Below the pieces are notes generated by a model. The model searched no databases and was not told the origin of the DNA. It saw nothing but the letters and a program-made list of their open reading frames with translations. A program made the position numbers and the translations under genes. 50,146 bases of DNA, from assembly GCA_036260395.1 (NCBI GenBank), contig DASZZY010000011.1, positions 1 to 50,146 of the forward strand. The letters run 5' to 3'. Below, one piece after another: positions 38,169 through 46,685 of the stretch; within the stretch, counting starts at the first letter, position 1; each line of letters begins with the position of its first letter. Source of the DNA: Actinomycetota bacterium. GTDB lineage: Bacteria; Actinomycetota; UBA4738; CALAEC01.

Positions 38169-39622
38169 CGACCCCAGGCCGCCGCCAGCGCGTCGCCCAC
38201 CCGCGCGACGTTCCCCGTGCGCGGCAGATCCCGGACGGCCTCGATCACGTCTCCGCGCGCCCGCTCGTCCACCGCCGGGGCCACCTGGTGGAGCTTGTCG
38301 GCGACCTCCTCGAGGCTCAGCGGGTTCTCTGGGTCACCTTTGGGGTACTCGACCCGGATCGACAGCTCCCGACCGTCCCGGAGCCGGAGCTCCACGATCG
38401 CCGGCCACCTCGCCGGGAACGCCTCGTCCAGCGAGGGATCCAGGAAGCACTCGACCCGGTCCATCATGGAGATCACCGCGGGGTCGCGGACGTGGGCCTC
38501 GGTGTGCTCGTGGCGCGAGGCCCGCCCGTACACGAGCGCGACCGCCGCGCCGAACGGCATGCTGAACTGAGCGTCGACGGCGTTGGCCGGCCGGCGCTTG
38601 CGCTCCGCGGGCGCCGCGATGATGTCCCACCCCGCGGCCAGGACGCCCACGCGGACCGCGGCCACGTCCTCGGCGACCACCCCATGCCGGCGGCGCAGCT
38701 CGAGGATGCCGTCGATGGCGGCCTGCTCGTACCGGCAGCACCCATGGGCCTTGAGGCTGGTTCGCTCGATGACGTAGGGCCGCGACCCGAGCGACGTGAG
38801 CGCCGTCGCCGGATCCGGAGCGTCCGAGTGACCCGCGAAATAGCCATGCGGCCGCTCGAGCACCCGGCGCGGAGCGGCGTACCCGTCCGCCGCCAGAGCC
38901 GCCGCGAGCAGGCCGCCGTGCGCGGCCCACCCCGGGTGGAGGTGCTTGGTCCACGAGCCGTTCGTGAGGTAGCTCATCGACCCGGACGAGAAGCTGCCGG
39001 CGATGCCCATGGCGTCGGAGAGTTGGTCCGCGTCCGCGCCCCCGAGGACCCCCGCGGCGGCGGCCGCGGCGAACGCTCCAACGGTGCCGGTGGGGTGGAA
39101 GCCCCTCGCGTACTCCCCCGCCGGCCTGCTGGCCTCGCCGATCCGTCCCATCACCTCGTACCCCACGACGGTGGCCGCGGCCACCGACGGCCACTCGGCG
39201 TTCCCGGCGAGCGCCAGGGGCAGGACAGTGGAGAAGACCACCGCTCCGGGGTGGGACGACGACGGCTGGTGGGTGTCGTCGGACTCGATGGCGTGCGCGG
39301 CCGCCCCGTAGACGAGCGCGGCGTGGTCCGGCCAGGTGGAGGAGCCGCCCGGCAGCGGCACGTCGCCGGGATGCCGGGACGCGAACCGGACCAGCCTGGC
39401 CACCGACGGCTGGTCCGCCCCTCCGAGGACATTCGCCAGGTAATCGAGGAGCCGGTGGGCCGTCACCTCGCTCACGTCGGCGGGCAGGCCTCGGTCCCCC
39501 AAGCCGACGGCCCAAGCCGCCAGCCGCTCGGTGACCGAGGGAACGGGCGCGGCGGGGACCGGCGACTCGACCGCCGCCGGCGTCGCCGACCGCCCGTCGG
39601 ATCGCCCGGCCGCTGCTGCCAT
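38165..39622 (-). CDS. MmgE/PrpD-family protein (2-methylcitrate dehydratase family; specificity unknown)
   Basis: 485 aa with family-typical blocks (LLDYLANVLGG, ESDDTH, FHPTGTVGAFAAAAAA, TKHLHPGWAAHGG, LKAHGCCRY). Confidence 0.85.
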   Translation of the reverse strand: MAAAAGRSDGRSATPAAVESPVPAAPVPSVTERLAAWAVGLGDRGLPADVSEVTAHRLLDYLANVLGGADQPSVARLVRFASRHPGDVPLPGGSSTWPDHAALVYGAAAHAIESDDTHQPSSSHPGAVVFSTVLPLALAGNAEWPSVAAATVVGYEVMGRIGEASRPAGEYARGFHPTGTVGAFAAAAAAGVLGGADADQLSDAMGIAGSFSSGSMSYLTNGSWTKHLHPGWAAHGGLLAAALAADGYAAPRRVLERPHGYFAGHSDAPDPATALTSLGSRPYVIERTSLKAHGCCRYEQAAIDGILELRRRHGVVAEDVAAVRVGVLAAGWDIIAAPAERKRRPANAVDAQFSMPFGAAVALVYGRASRHEHTEAHVRDPAVISMMDRVECFLDPSLDEAFPARWPAIVELRLRDGRELSIRVEYPKGDPENPLSLEEVADKLHQVAPAVDERARGDVIEAVRDLPRTGNVARVGDALAAAWGR

Positions 39623-39628
39623 GACCGT

Positions 39629-39658
39629 AGGCTAAAGCCCTCCGCCGAAATGCGTCAA
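39629..39658 (-). promoter_or_regulatory. Candidate promoter giving a leaderless PrpD-ALDH-nitrilase transcript
   Basis: On the minus strand it reads TTGACG (39658..39653), an 18-nt spacer, TAGCCT (39634..39629), then 6 nt, then ATG 39622. Confidence 0.4.
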
Positions 39659-39766
39659 CATCATACTTTCGGATGAATCGAAGGTTCAGACCTCCGGTTG
39701 CCCCTTCGCCATCATCGGTACTATCCTCCGGGTCGGGTGGTTTAGTCACACTGCTAAGGGGTCGAC

Positions 39767-40792
39767 ATGGCAAGGACCGAGACCGCCACATCCGAGGCCA
39801 CGGGTCGCTCGGGGCTGGACGAGTCGACGCGGCTGGCGCTGTTCCGATCCATCGTGGAGATGCGCTACTTCGAGGAGCGGGCCCATCGCCTGTTCCTGGA
39901 CAACCTGGTCAAGGGAACCAGCCACCTGTCGCTGGGCCAAGAGGCCATCGCCGCCGGGTTCGGCCTGGCGATGCGTCCCGACGACTACACGTTCGCGACG
40001 TACCGGGGCCACGCCCACACCCTGGCCCGCGGCGTCCCCATGGGGCCCGTCCTGGGCGAGCTCCTGGGCCGGAAGACCGGCCTCCTGCACGGCAAGGGCG
40101 GCTCGATGCACCTCACCAGCGTCGAGCACAACATGATGGGCTCCTACGCCATCGTGGGCGCCCACATGCCGGTGGCGGCCGGCGCGGCGTGGTCGGCGCA
40201 GGTGCGCGGAACGGAGCAGGTCGCGGTGTGCTTCGTGGGGGACGGCACGACGAACATCGGCAACTTCCACGAGTCCCTCAACCTGGCGGCGGTCTGGAAG
40301 CTCCCGGTGGTCTACGTCTGCGAGAACAACCTGTACATGGAGTACACGCCGATCTCCAAGGTGACTTCGGTCCCGAACCCCGCGGCCGACCGGGCCAGCG
40401 CCTACGGGCTCGAGTCCCTCATCGTCGACGGGAACGACCCCGAAGCCGTGTACGAGATGGCCCTCGAGCGGCTGGCCCGGGCCCGGGCCGGCGAGGGCCC
40501 GTCCTTGATCGAGGCCAAGACGTACCGGAAGGGCGGCCACTCGCGCGCCGACCCCGCCAAGTACCGGCCGGAGGAAGAGGTCAAGGAATGGCTGGCCCGC
40601 GACCCGGTCGACAACTACCGGAAGCGGCTGCTCGAGTCGGGGATCGACGAGGCCACCCTGGTGGAGATCGAGAAGGAGTCCCTGGCCAAGGTCGACGAGG
40701 CCGATGCGGAGGCCCGGGCGGGTCCCCTGCCCGACGTGTCGAGCATGGAGACGAACGTGTGGAGCGACGGGGGGTCGGCATGGCGGAGATGA
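39767..40792 (+). CDS. Thiamine-diphosphate-dependent 2-oxoacid/acetoin dehydrogenase E1 alpha subunit
   Basis: 341 aa with the TPP motif GDGTTNIGNFHESLNLAAVWKLPVVYVCENN. AAGGGG lies 6 nt upstream of the ATG. Confidence 0.9.
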   Translation: MARTETATSEATGRSGLDESTRLALFRSIVEMRYFEERAHRLFLDNLVKGTSHLSLGQEAIAAGFGLAMRPDDYTFATYRGHAHTLARGVPMGPVLGELLGRKTGLLHGKGGSMHLTSVEHNMMGSYAIVGAHMPVAAGAAWSAQVRGTEQVAVCFVGDGTTNIGNFHESLNLAAVWKLPVVYVCENNLYMEYTPISKVTSVPNPAADRASAYGLESLIVDGNDPEAVYEMALERLARARAGEGPSLIEAKTYRKGGHSRADPAKYRPEEEVKEWLARDPVDNYRKRLLESGIDEATLVEIEKESLAKVDEADAEARAGPLPDVSSMETNVWSDGGSAWRR

Positions 40793-41757
40793 CCTACCGG
40801 ACCGCGATCGCCGCCGGGATCGCGCAGGAGATGGAGCGCGACCCCACCGTCTACCTGATCGGCGAGGACGTCGGGGAGCCGGGCGGCGTCTTCAAGGCCA
40901 CCGAGGGCCTGTACGAGCGGTTCGGCCCGGACCGCGTCCGCGACATGCCGATCAGCGAGGAGGCCATCATCGGCCTGGCGATGGGCGCCGCCATGACCGG
41001 CCTCCGCCCCATCGCCGAGATCATGTTCTCCGACTTCGTGGCCACCTGCTGGGACATGATCGCCAACCAGGTCGCCAAAACTCGCTACATGACGGACGGA
41101 CAGATCGGCCTGCCGATGGTCATCCGGACGGCCAACGGAGGCGGGTTGCGCTTCGGGGCCCAGCACTCCCAGGCGGTGGAGAACTGGGCCATGGCCATCC
41201 CGGGGTTGAAGGTGGTGGCGCCGTCCAACCCGATCGACGTGATCGGCCTCACGGCGGCGGCGGTCCGGGACCCCGATCCGGTGGTGTTCCTGGACAGCAA
41301 GCCGCTGTACTCGCTAAAGGCCGACATCCCGGACGGCGAGGTCGTCGATGAGCTCGGGGTGGCCAAGGTCCGGCGTGAGGGCACGGACCTGACGATCGTC
41401 GCCCTGGCCTCCACGGTCCCCAAGGCGGTGGAGGCGGCGGACATCCTCGACCGCGAGTACGGCATCTCGGCCGAGGTCATCGACCCCCGGTCGCTGATCC
41501 CCCTCGACATGACCACGATCCTCGAGTCGGTCCGGAGGACCAGCCGGATGTTCACCGTCGAGGAGAACCCCCGGGTGCTCGGGTGGGGAGCCGAGATCGC
41601 CTCGATCGTGGCGGAGGAGGCGTTCTTCGAGCTCGAGGACCCCATCGTGCGGATCACGACCCCGCACATCCCGCTGCCACAGGCCGACGTGCTCGAGGAT
41701 GCGGCCCTTCCCTCCGTGGATCGCGTCGTCGAGACCGTCCGCAAGACCCTGGGGTGA
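40780..41757 (+). CDS. 2-oxoacid/acetoin dehydrogenase E1 beta subunit (transketolase-like)
   Basis: This is the tail of ORF 39673..41757: MAEMTYRTAIAAGIAQEMERDPTVYLIGEDVG...DMPISEEAIIG. It overlaps the end of the alpha gene. An alternative ATG at 40789 forms an ATGA overlap. Confidence 0.9.
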   Translation: MAEMTYRTAIAAGIAQEMERDPTVYLIGEDVGEPGGVFKATEGLYERFGPDRVRDMPISEEAIIGLAMGAAMTGLRPIAEIMFSDFVATCWDMIANQVAKTRYMTDGQIGLPMVIRTANGGGLRFGAQHSQAVENWAMAIPGLKVVAPSNPIDVIGLTAAAVRDPDPVVFLDSKPLYSLKADIPDGEVVDELGVAKVRREGTDLTIVALASTVPKAVEAADILDREYGISAEVIDPRSLIPLDMTTILESVRRTSRMFTVEENPRVLGWGAEIASIVAEEAFFELEDPIVRITTPHIPLPQADVLEDAALPSVDRVVETVRKTLG

Positions 41758-41805
41758 GGTCCCGGCGCCCGGCGCCGGCCCGAGGACGAAAGGAGGCGGA
41801 CCTAC

Positions 41806-42396
41806 ATGCCGCTCGTGAGGATGGTCGATCGAGACGAGGTTCCGCCCGAGACCCAGGCCACCTTCGACGCCGGCGAGCAGAAGTACGGGAAGGTCCTCGA
41901 CGCCTGGCGGGTCATCGCCCACAACCCCGGGATCTTCAAGACGTACTTCCCCTTCCTCCAGTCGGTGTTCGCGCCGGGCGCCCTCGATCAGCGGACCAAG
42001 CAGCTCAGCGCGGTCCGGGTCACGATCCTGAACCACTCCCGGTACGCGCTGAGCCACCGGCTGGACGCGGCCAAGAAGGATGGCGTCCCGGAGGAGGACC
42101 TGGTCGCACTCGGTGATCTCGCGGCGAACCGCGAGCGCTTCAGCGAGGCGGAGCTGGCGGCGCTTGACTTCACCGACGAACTGACCACTCGAACCACCGA
42201 GGTCACGTTCCGGGACGAGCCGCTCGGCGTGTCGAAGGAGGCCCTCTCGCGGGTCCAGGAACACTTCGGCGATGCCGAGATCGTCGAGCTGGCGATGTCC
42301 GTGTCGGTGTGGAACTTCCTGTCCCGCTTCCTCCGGGTGATGGACTTCGAGCTCGACATGGATCCTCCCCCGCCCCAGCTGGACGCCGTGATCTAG
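41806..42396 (+). CDS. Carboxymuconolactone decarboxylase (AhpD-like) family protein
   Basis: 196 aa with an all-helical signature and LSAVRVTILNHSRYALSHR. The family call is by resemblance only. Confidence 0.6.
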   Translation: MPLVRMVDRDEVPPETQATFDAGEQKYGKVLDAWRVIAHNPGIFKTYFPFLQSVFAPGALDQRTKQLSAVRVTILNHSRYALSHRLDAAKKDGVPEEDLVALGDLAANRERFSEAELAALDFTDELTTRTTEVTFRDEPLGVSKEALSRVQEHFGDAEIVELAMSVSVWNFLSRFLRVMDFELDMDPPPPQLDAVI

Positions 42397-42494
42397 CCGC
42401 TCCTCGACGTCGATGGACGAGTGCGGAAGGGCCGGTACGGGGGCACCTCGGTGAGGGCCGGCCGCGGCAGGACCGACGTGCAGCGAGCGCTCCG

Positions 42495-43412
42495 GTGAGC
42501 TGGATCCGGCGCATCACGGCCGAAGGGAAGGCCACCGCGACGGCGCCGGAGGAGCTGGCGACCGGAGCGCCCGCGGAACCCACGCTGGAGTCGAGGCCCG
42601 CGGGCCCTCCCGGCCCATCGGAAGCGGCAGCGCCACGGGAGAGCACTCGGAACAGGATCGTCAGCCTCCTCCTGGCGAACGGGGTTCCTCTGTTTCTGTT
42701 CGGGGTCTGGTGGTGGGTCGCCCGCGGGTCCGCCGAGTTCATCATCCCGCCGCCGTTCGAGGTCCTGCGGATCACCGGCAGGTTGCTCTTCGGCGATATG
42801 GCGATCCATACGTACACGTCGTTCGTCCGCATCATCATCGCGGTCTTGCTGGCCATGGCGCTGGGAGGGTTCTTCGTCTTCATCGTGCGGATCGTTCCGG
42901 TCACCCAGAAGCTCGTCGGTGATCGGCTGGTGCCATTCCTGGACAGCGTGCCGGCTCTCGGCTGGGCCATCCTCGGGGTGGTGTGGTTCGGGCTGGGACA
43001 CACGGCGGTCGTGTTCGTGGTCACGGCCGTCCTGCTGCCGTTCGCCCTGGTGAACCTGTGGGAGGGGATGCGGGCCATCGACCCGGACCTCCGGGAGATG
43101 GGACTGAGCTTCACGCGCCAGCGGCTCCGGATCCTGTCGATGATCGAGATCCCGCTGCTGATGCCGTACATCTTCGCCGCCCTCCGCCTCTCGTTCTCCG
43201 TCGGCTGGAAGGTCGCGCTGATCGCGGAGTTCTTCGGCTCCGAGGCGGGCCTGGGGCTGGTGATGAACCGAGGACGTCAGCTGTACGACACATCGACGGT
43301 CTTCGCCACGATCGTCACCGTCCTGGTGATCGTGACCGTCGTCGAACGGTTCGGCTTCGAGCCGCTGGGGAAGTGGTTCGCCAAGCGCACCGGGACGGAG
43401 GAACGCCGATGA
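42495..43412 (+). CDS. ABC transporter permease (NitT/TauT family)
   Basis: The binding-protein-dependent transport motif region is EGMRAIDPDLREMGLSFTRQRLRILSMIEIPLLMPY. The start is set at GTG 42495, after the CMD stop. Confidence 0.8.
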   Translation: MSWIRRITAEGKATATAPEELATGAPAEPTLESRPAGPPGPSEAAAPRESTRNRIVSLLLANGVPLFLFGVWWWVARGSAEFIIPPPFEVLRITGRLLFGDMAIHTYTSFVRIIIAVLLAMALGGFFVFIVRIVPVTQKLVGDRLVPFLDSVPALGWAILGVVWFGLGHTAVVFVVTAVLLPFALVNLWEGMRAIDPDLREMGLSFTRQRLRILSMIEIPLLMPYIFAALRLSFSVGWKVALIAEFFGSEAGLGLVMNRGRQLYDTSTVFATIVTVLVIVTVVERFGFEPLGKWFAKRTGTEERR

Positions 43413-44185
43413 CCGGCATGGCCATCGAGCTCGAGGGTCTGTCGATCGTCTTCGGCAGGGACGTCGTCATGCAGGACCTGGATCTCCGCGTCGAGGAGGG
43501 CGAGTTCCTCTGTCTGTTGGGGCCCAGCGGCTGCGGGAAGTCCACGCTGTTGCGGATCCTCGGCGGCCTGGCGAAGGCCGACGGACGGGTGCGGGTGTTG
43601 GGGGAGCCGCCCCAGTCGTCTTGGCAGCATCTGGCCTACGTGTTCCAGACGCCGCGCCTGGTCCGGTGGCGCAACGCCATGGACAACGTCGCCCTCGGCC
43701 TGGAGCTCCGTGGCATTCCCGGGACCAGGAAGGAGCATCGCGCCAGCGCCGAGGCGTACCTCGCGCAGCTCGGGCTGGAAGACCTCGCAGGCCGCCCCGC
43801 CCACGTCCTGTCCGGAGGCGAGCAGCAGCGCGTGGCCATCGCCAGAGCGCTCGCCGTTCAGCCTCGCATCCTGCTCATGGACGAGCCGTTCAGCGCCCTC
43901 GACGTCCACACCCGTGGCCAGCTCCGAGCGGAGATCGTCTCGATCTGGCAGAAGTCCGGGCTGACCATCGTGTTCGTCACGCACGACATCGACGAGGCGG
44001 TCACCATCGGAAGCAAGGTGGCCGTGCTTTCGAGCAAGCCCACACGCCTCCTCTCGTTGCTCCCCATCGAGCTCTCGCACCCTCGATCCCGGTCCAGCCC
44101 GGAGTTCGTCCGGTATCGGAGCCGGATCGTCGAGCACTTCGGCGGGAAAACCGTCCTGGACGAGGCCCCCGCGGTCTCGAGCTGA
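43409..44185 (+). CDS. ABC transporter ATP-binding protein (NitT/TauT family)
   Basis: It has Walker A GPSGCGKST, signature LSGGEQQR and Walker B LLMDEPF. The ATGA overlaps the permease stop. Confidence 0.92.
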   Translation: MTGMAIELEGLSIVFGRDVVMQDLDLRVEEGEFLCLLGPSGCGKSTLLRILGGLAKADGRVRVLGEPPQSSWQHLAYVFQTPRLVRWRNAMDNVALGLELRGIPGTRKEHRASAEAYLAQLGLEDLAGRPAHVLSGGEQQRVAIARALAVQPRILLMDEPFSALDVHTRGQLRAEIVSIWQKSGLTIVFVTHDIDEAVTIGSKVAVLSSKPTRLLSLLPIELSHPRSRSSPEFVRYRSRIVEHFGGKTVLDEAPAVSS

Positions 44186-44193
44186 CCGATACC

Positions 44194-45408
44194 GTGGCCG
44201 TGGATCCCGGAACCGCGAGCGGAGACGATCCGAGAGTCGGGTCGGCCAACGGATACCCCCGCTACTCCGAGGGGGAGATGGCCAGGAGGCATGGCGATCT
44301 CCGCCGGGCCATGGCGGAGCAGGACGTCGCCGCCGTGCTGGTCGGGGGAGCCACCGGACCCATCGAGACCTCGGTCCAGTACTACACGAACTGGCCTCCG
44401 CTCGTGGAGAGCTACGTCCTCCTGCCCTTCGACGGCGAGCCGGTGTTGTTCGTCCGGCTGTGGAACCACCTCCCCGACGCCAGGAGGATCGCGGTGATCG
44501 ACGACGTCAGGTACGGCGGCGATACGCCGGACGAACAGGCCCGCCAGTTGGCGGAGGTCCTCCGAGAGCGAGGGCTGGGCGAGCGCCGCATCGGCCTGGT
44601 CGGCCCCATCCGTCACGGGGACGTGCAGATCCTGCGCGCCGCGTTGCCGGGCGCCGAGTGGGTGGACCTCGGCCGCGTCTACCGAGAGCTTCGCCTGGTG
44701 AAGAGCGACGAGGAGTTGCGGTTCACCCGGATCGCAGCGGCCATGATCGACCGGTCGGTCGAGGCCATGGAACGACAGATCAAGCCGGGCCTACGAGAGT
44801 ACGAGCTGGCCAAGATCATCGAGGACGCGTACCTCGCCGAGCGCGGCACCAACCTGATCCACTTCACGCTGACCACCTCGATGGCGGATCCCCAGGCCTG
44901 CGTGCCGCACCAGTACGCTCCCGACCGGGTCATCCAGAGCGGCGACGTGATCGTCACCGAGATCAGCGCCAGCTTCTGGGGCTACGCCGGCCAGATCCTC
45001 CGGTCGTTCACGGTCGACGCGGACCCCGCGCCGCTGTACCAGGAGCTCTACGACGTCGCGGTGGCGGTGTACGACGACATTGTCGCCCTCCTGCGGCCTG
45101 GGGCCACGGTCGGGCAGATCCTCGACCGGGCGGACCGCATCCACGACGCCGGCCTGACGATCTACGACGATCTGGTCCACGGATTCGGCGGCGCCTATCT
45201 CCCACCGATCATCCGCACCCGAAAGACCCGCGGGGCCACCCACGGCGACGACTACGCGTATCCGGCCGGCGCCATCGTGGTGGTGCAGCCGAACGTGATC
45301 ACCCCGGACGAGAAGGCCGGCGTGCAGGTGGGGAACGCCGTTCACATCACCCCGGAGGGGCCCGAAGTCCTCCAGCGATACCCGATGAAGTTCATCAGGT
45401 GCGGGTGA
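44194..45408 (+). CDS. M24-family (creatinase / Xaa-Pro peptidase fold) hydrolase
   Basis: The creatinase-N-like start is YSEGEMARRHGDLRRAMAEQDVAAVLV. A pita-bread C-terminal half follows (VKSDEELRFTRIAAAM...). The start is GTG 44194 or 44200, 8 nt after the ATPase stop. Confidence 0.75.
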   Translation: MAVDPGTASGDDPRVGSANGYPRYSEGEMARRHGDLRRAMAEQDVAAVLVGGATGPIETSVQYYTNWPPLVESYVLLPFDGEPVLFVRLWNHLPDARRIAVIDDVRYGGDTPDEQARQLAEVLRERGLGERRIGLVGPIRHGDVQILRAALPGAEWVDLGRVYRELRLVKSDEELRFTRIAAAMIDRSVEAMERQIKPGLREYELAKIIEDAYLAERGTNLIHFTLTTSMADPQACVPHQYAPDRVIQSGDVIVTEISASFWGYAGQILRSFTVDADPAPLYQELYDVAVAVYDDIVALLRPGATVGQILDRADRIHDAGLTIYDDLVHGFGGAYLPPIIRTRKTRGATHGDDYAYPAGAIVVVQPNVITPDEKAGVQVGNAVHITPEGPEVLQRYPMKFIRCG

Positions 45409-45462
45409 CCCGGCACCCCGCCGGGTCACCCTTCGGAAGTCGCCGGAACGCCGCCGAGGCGG

Positions 45463-46464
45463 CTACTCGATGATGAGTTCCCGGATGTCCGGAGCGGCTG
45501 GCAGGAGACCGAGCTCGAACGCCTCGTCCCAGACGTTCTGTGCTCGATCGAGCCATTCGTCCTCGATGCTTCCGCCGTACTCGTGGTGGCCGCAGCACCA
45601 CCAGTACCGGATGAACTCGGCGGGCACGTCCGAGACGGGGGCGATCGCCTCGGCCACCTCGTCGAGGTTGTCCTCGACGTACTGCACGGACTCCAGCAGC
45701 ATGCGCCGGAACTCGACGGCGCACTCTCGCTTCTCCTCGAGCACCTGGGGCTCCACCACGAACGCGGCCCCGGCGATCCACTCGCCGGTCAGCTCCCGGT
45801 ACTCGTTGTCCGAATCGATCAGGATCCGGAGGTCGGGGTGGTTCATCGCCTCCCAGCCAACGTTGTGGAAGAGGTCGGCGGCATCGACGTCACCGCGCAG
45901 GAGGGCCGCAAGGAGGGTGGGGGGGTCGAGCTCCACCCACTTCATATCTCCGCCCTCGATGCTGGCGTCCAGTCCGTATCCCTTGGTCAGGACGATGCGG
46001 TCAGCGATCGTCCCCGTGGACCCGAACGACGTGACCCCGTACGTCCTTCCCTTCAGGTCCTCGGGGGTCTGGATGTCGGAGTCCTCCCTGACGTACGTCT
46101 TGAAGCCACCCCCGGTGTGCGCGAGAGTGATCCCCAGAACTCGGAGATCGACCCCACCCTCTCGGGCAAGCACCACGCCGGGGACGGAAGTGAGGGTGAC
46201 GTCGTACTGGCCGGTACCGACGGCGGCGATGAGACCGGGGATCGTCGTGTAGCTGATCTCCAGCTCTCCGATGATGTCGGACTCCACGATCCCCTGCTCC
46301 AGGGCGTAGAAGGCCGAGCGCTCATTGTCGTTGTCGCCAGTCAGAACACTGAACGTCTCGCAGACGACCTGACCCTCGCCCCCTCCCGCGGCTTGCTCGT
46401 CGCCCCCGCCGCAGGAGGCGGCCAGCAACCCGAGGGACGTCGTCAGTGCCAAGAACCTGCGCAT
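45463..46464 (-). CDS. ABC transporter substrate-binding lipoprotein (NMT1/THI5-, SsuA-like)
   Basis: The signal/lipobox is LGLLAASCGGG. GGGAGGAGGG lies about 10 nt upstream of ATG 46464. GTG 46473 is an alternative start. Confidence 0.75.
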   Translation of the reverse strand: MRRFLALTTSLGLLAASCGGGDEQAAGGGEGQVVCETFSVLTGDNDNERSAFYALEQGIVESDIIGELEISYTTIPGLIAAVGTGQYDVTLTSVPGVVLAREGGVDLRVLGITLAHTGGGFKTYVREDSDIQTPEDLKGRTYGVTSFGSTGTIADRIVLTKGYGLDASIEGGDMKWVELDPPTLLAALLRGDVDAADLFHNVGWEAMNHPDLRILIDSDNEYRELTGEWIAGAAFVVEPQVLEEKRECAVEFRRMLLESVQYVEDNLDEVAEAIAPVSDVPAEFIRYWWCCGHHEYGGSIEDEWLDRAQNVWDEAFELGLLPAAPDIRELIIE

Positions 46465-46649
46465 CCTCCTCACCCTCCTCCCTACGGACCCGGCCGGAAC
46501 GCCTCCGTGGGCAGCCCAAGCCGCCGAAACGCCGCGGAGTCTACCCCCGCCCCGAGTGTCAACACAAGTTAAAATCTGACTTTCGGCCGATTTGTATGGC
46601 GCTTATGTCTGCTGGTAGCCTGAGACCTCCGCCGGAGTGACTCCGCTTC

Positions 46650-46674
46650 GTTCGACACCCGCGACGTGTCGAAC
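46650..46674. promoter_or_regulatory. Perfect 9-bp inverted repeat (operator or 5'-UTR hairpin) just upstream of the CocE/NonD gene
   Basis: The repeat is GTTCGACAC-ccgcgac-GTGTCGAAC. It ends 3 nt before the GGAAGGAGG ribosome-binding site. Confidence 0.4.
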
Positions 46675-46685
46675 CGGGAAGGAGG

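Noticed and set aside
46557-46562. TTGACA (minus strand) as the -35 box for the substrate-binding-protein gene.
   Set aside because: The best downstream -10-like hexamer (TAGACT) is only 13 nt away, which is too short for a sigma-70-type promoter. I did not call it.
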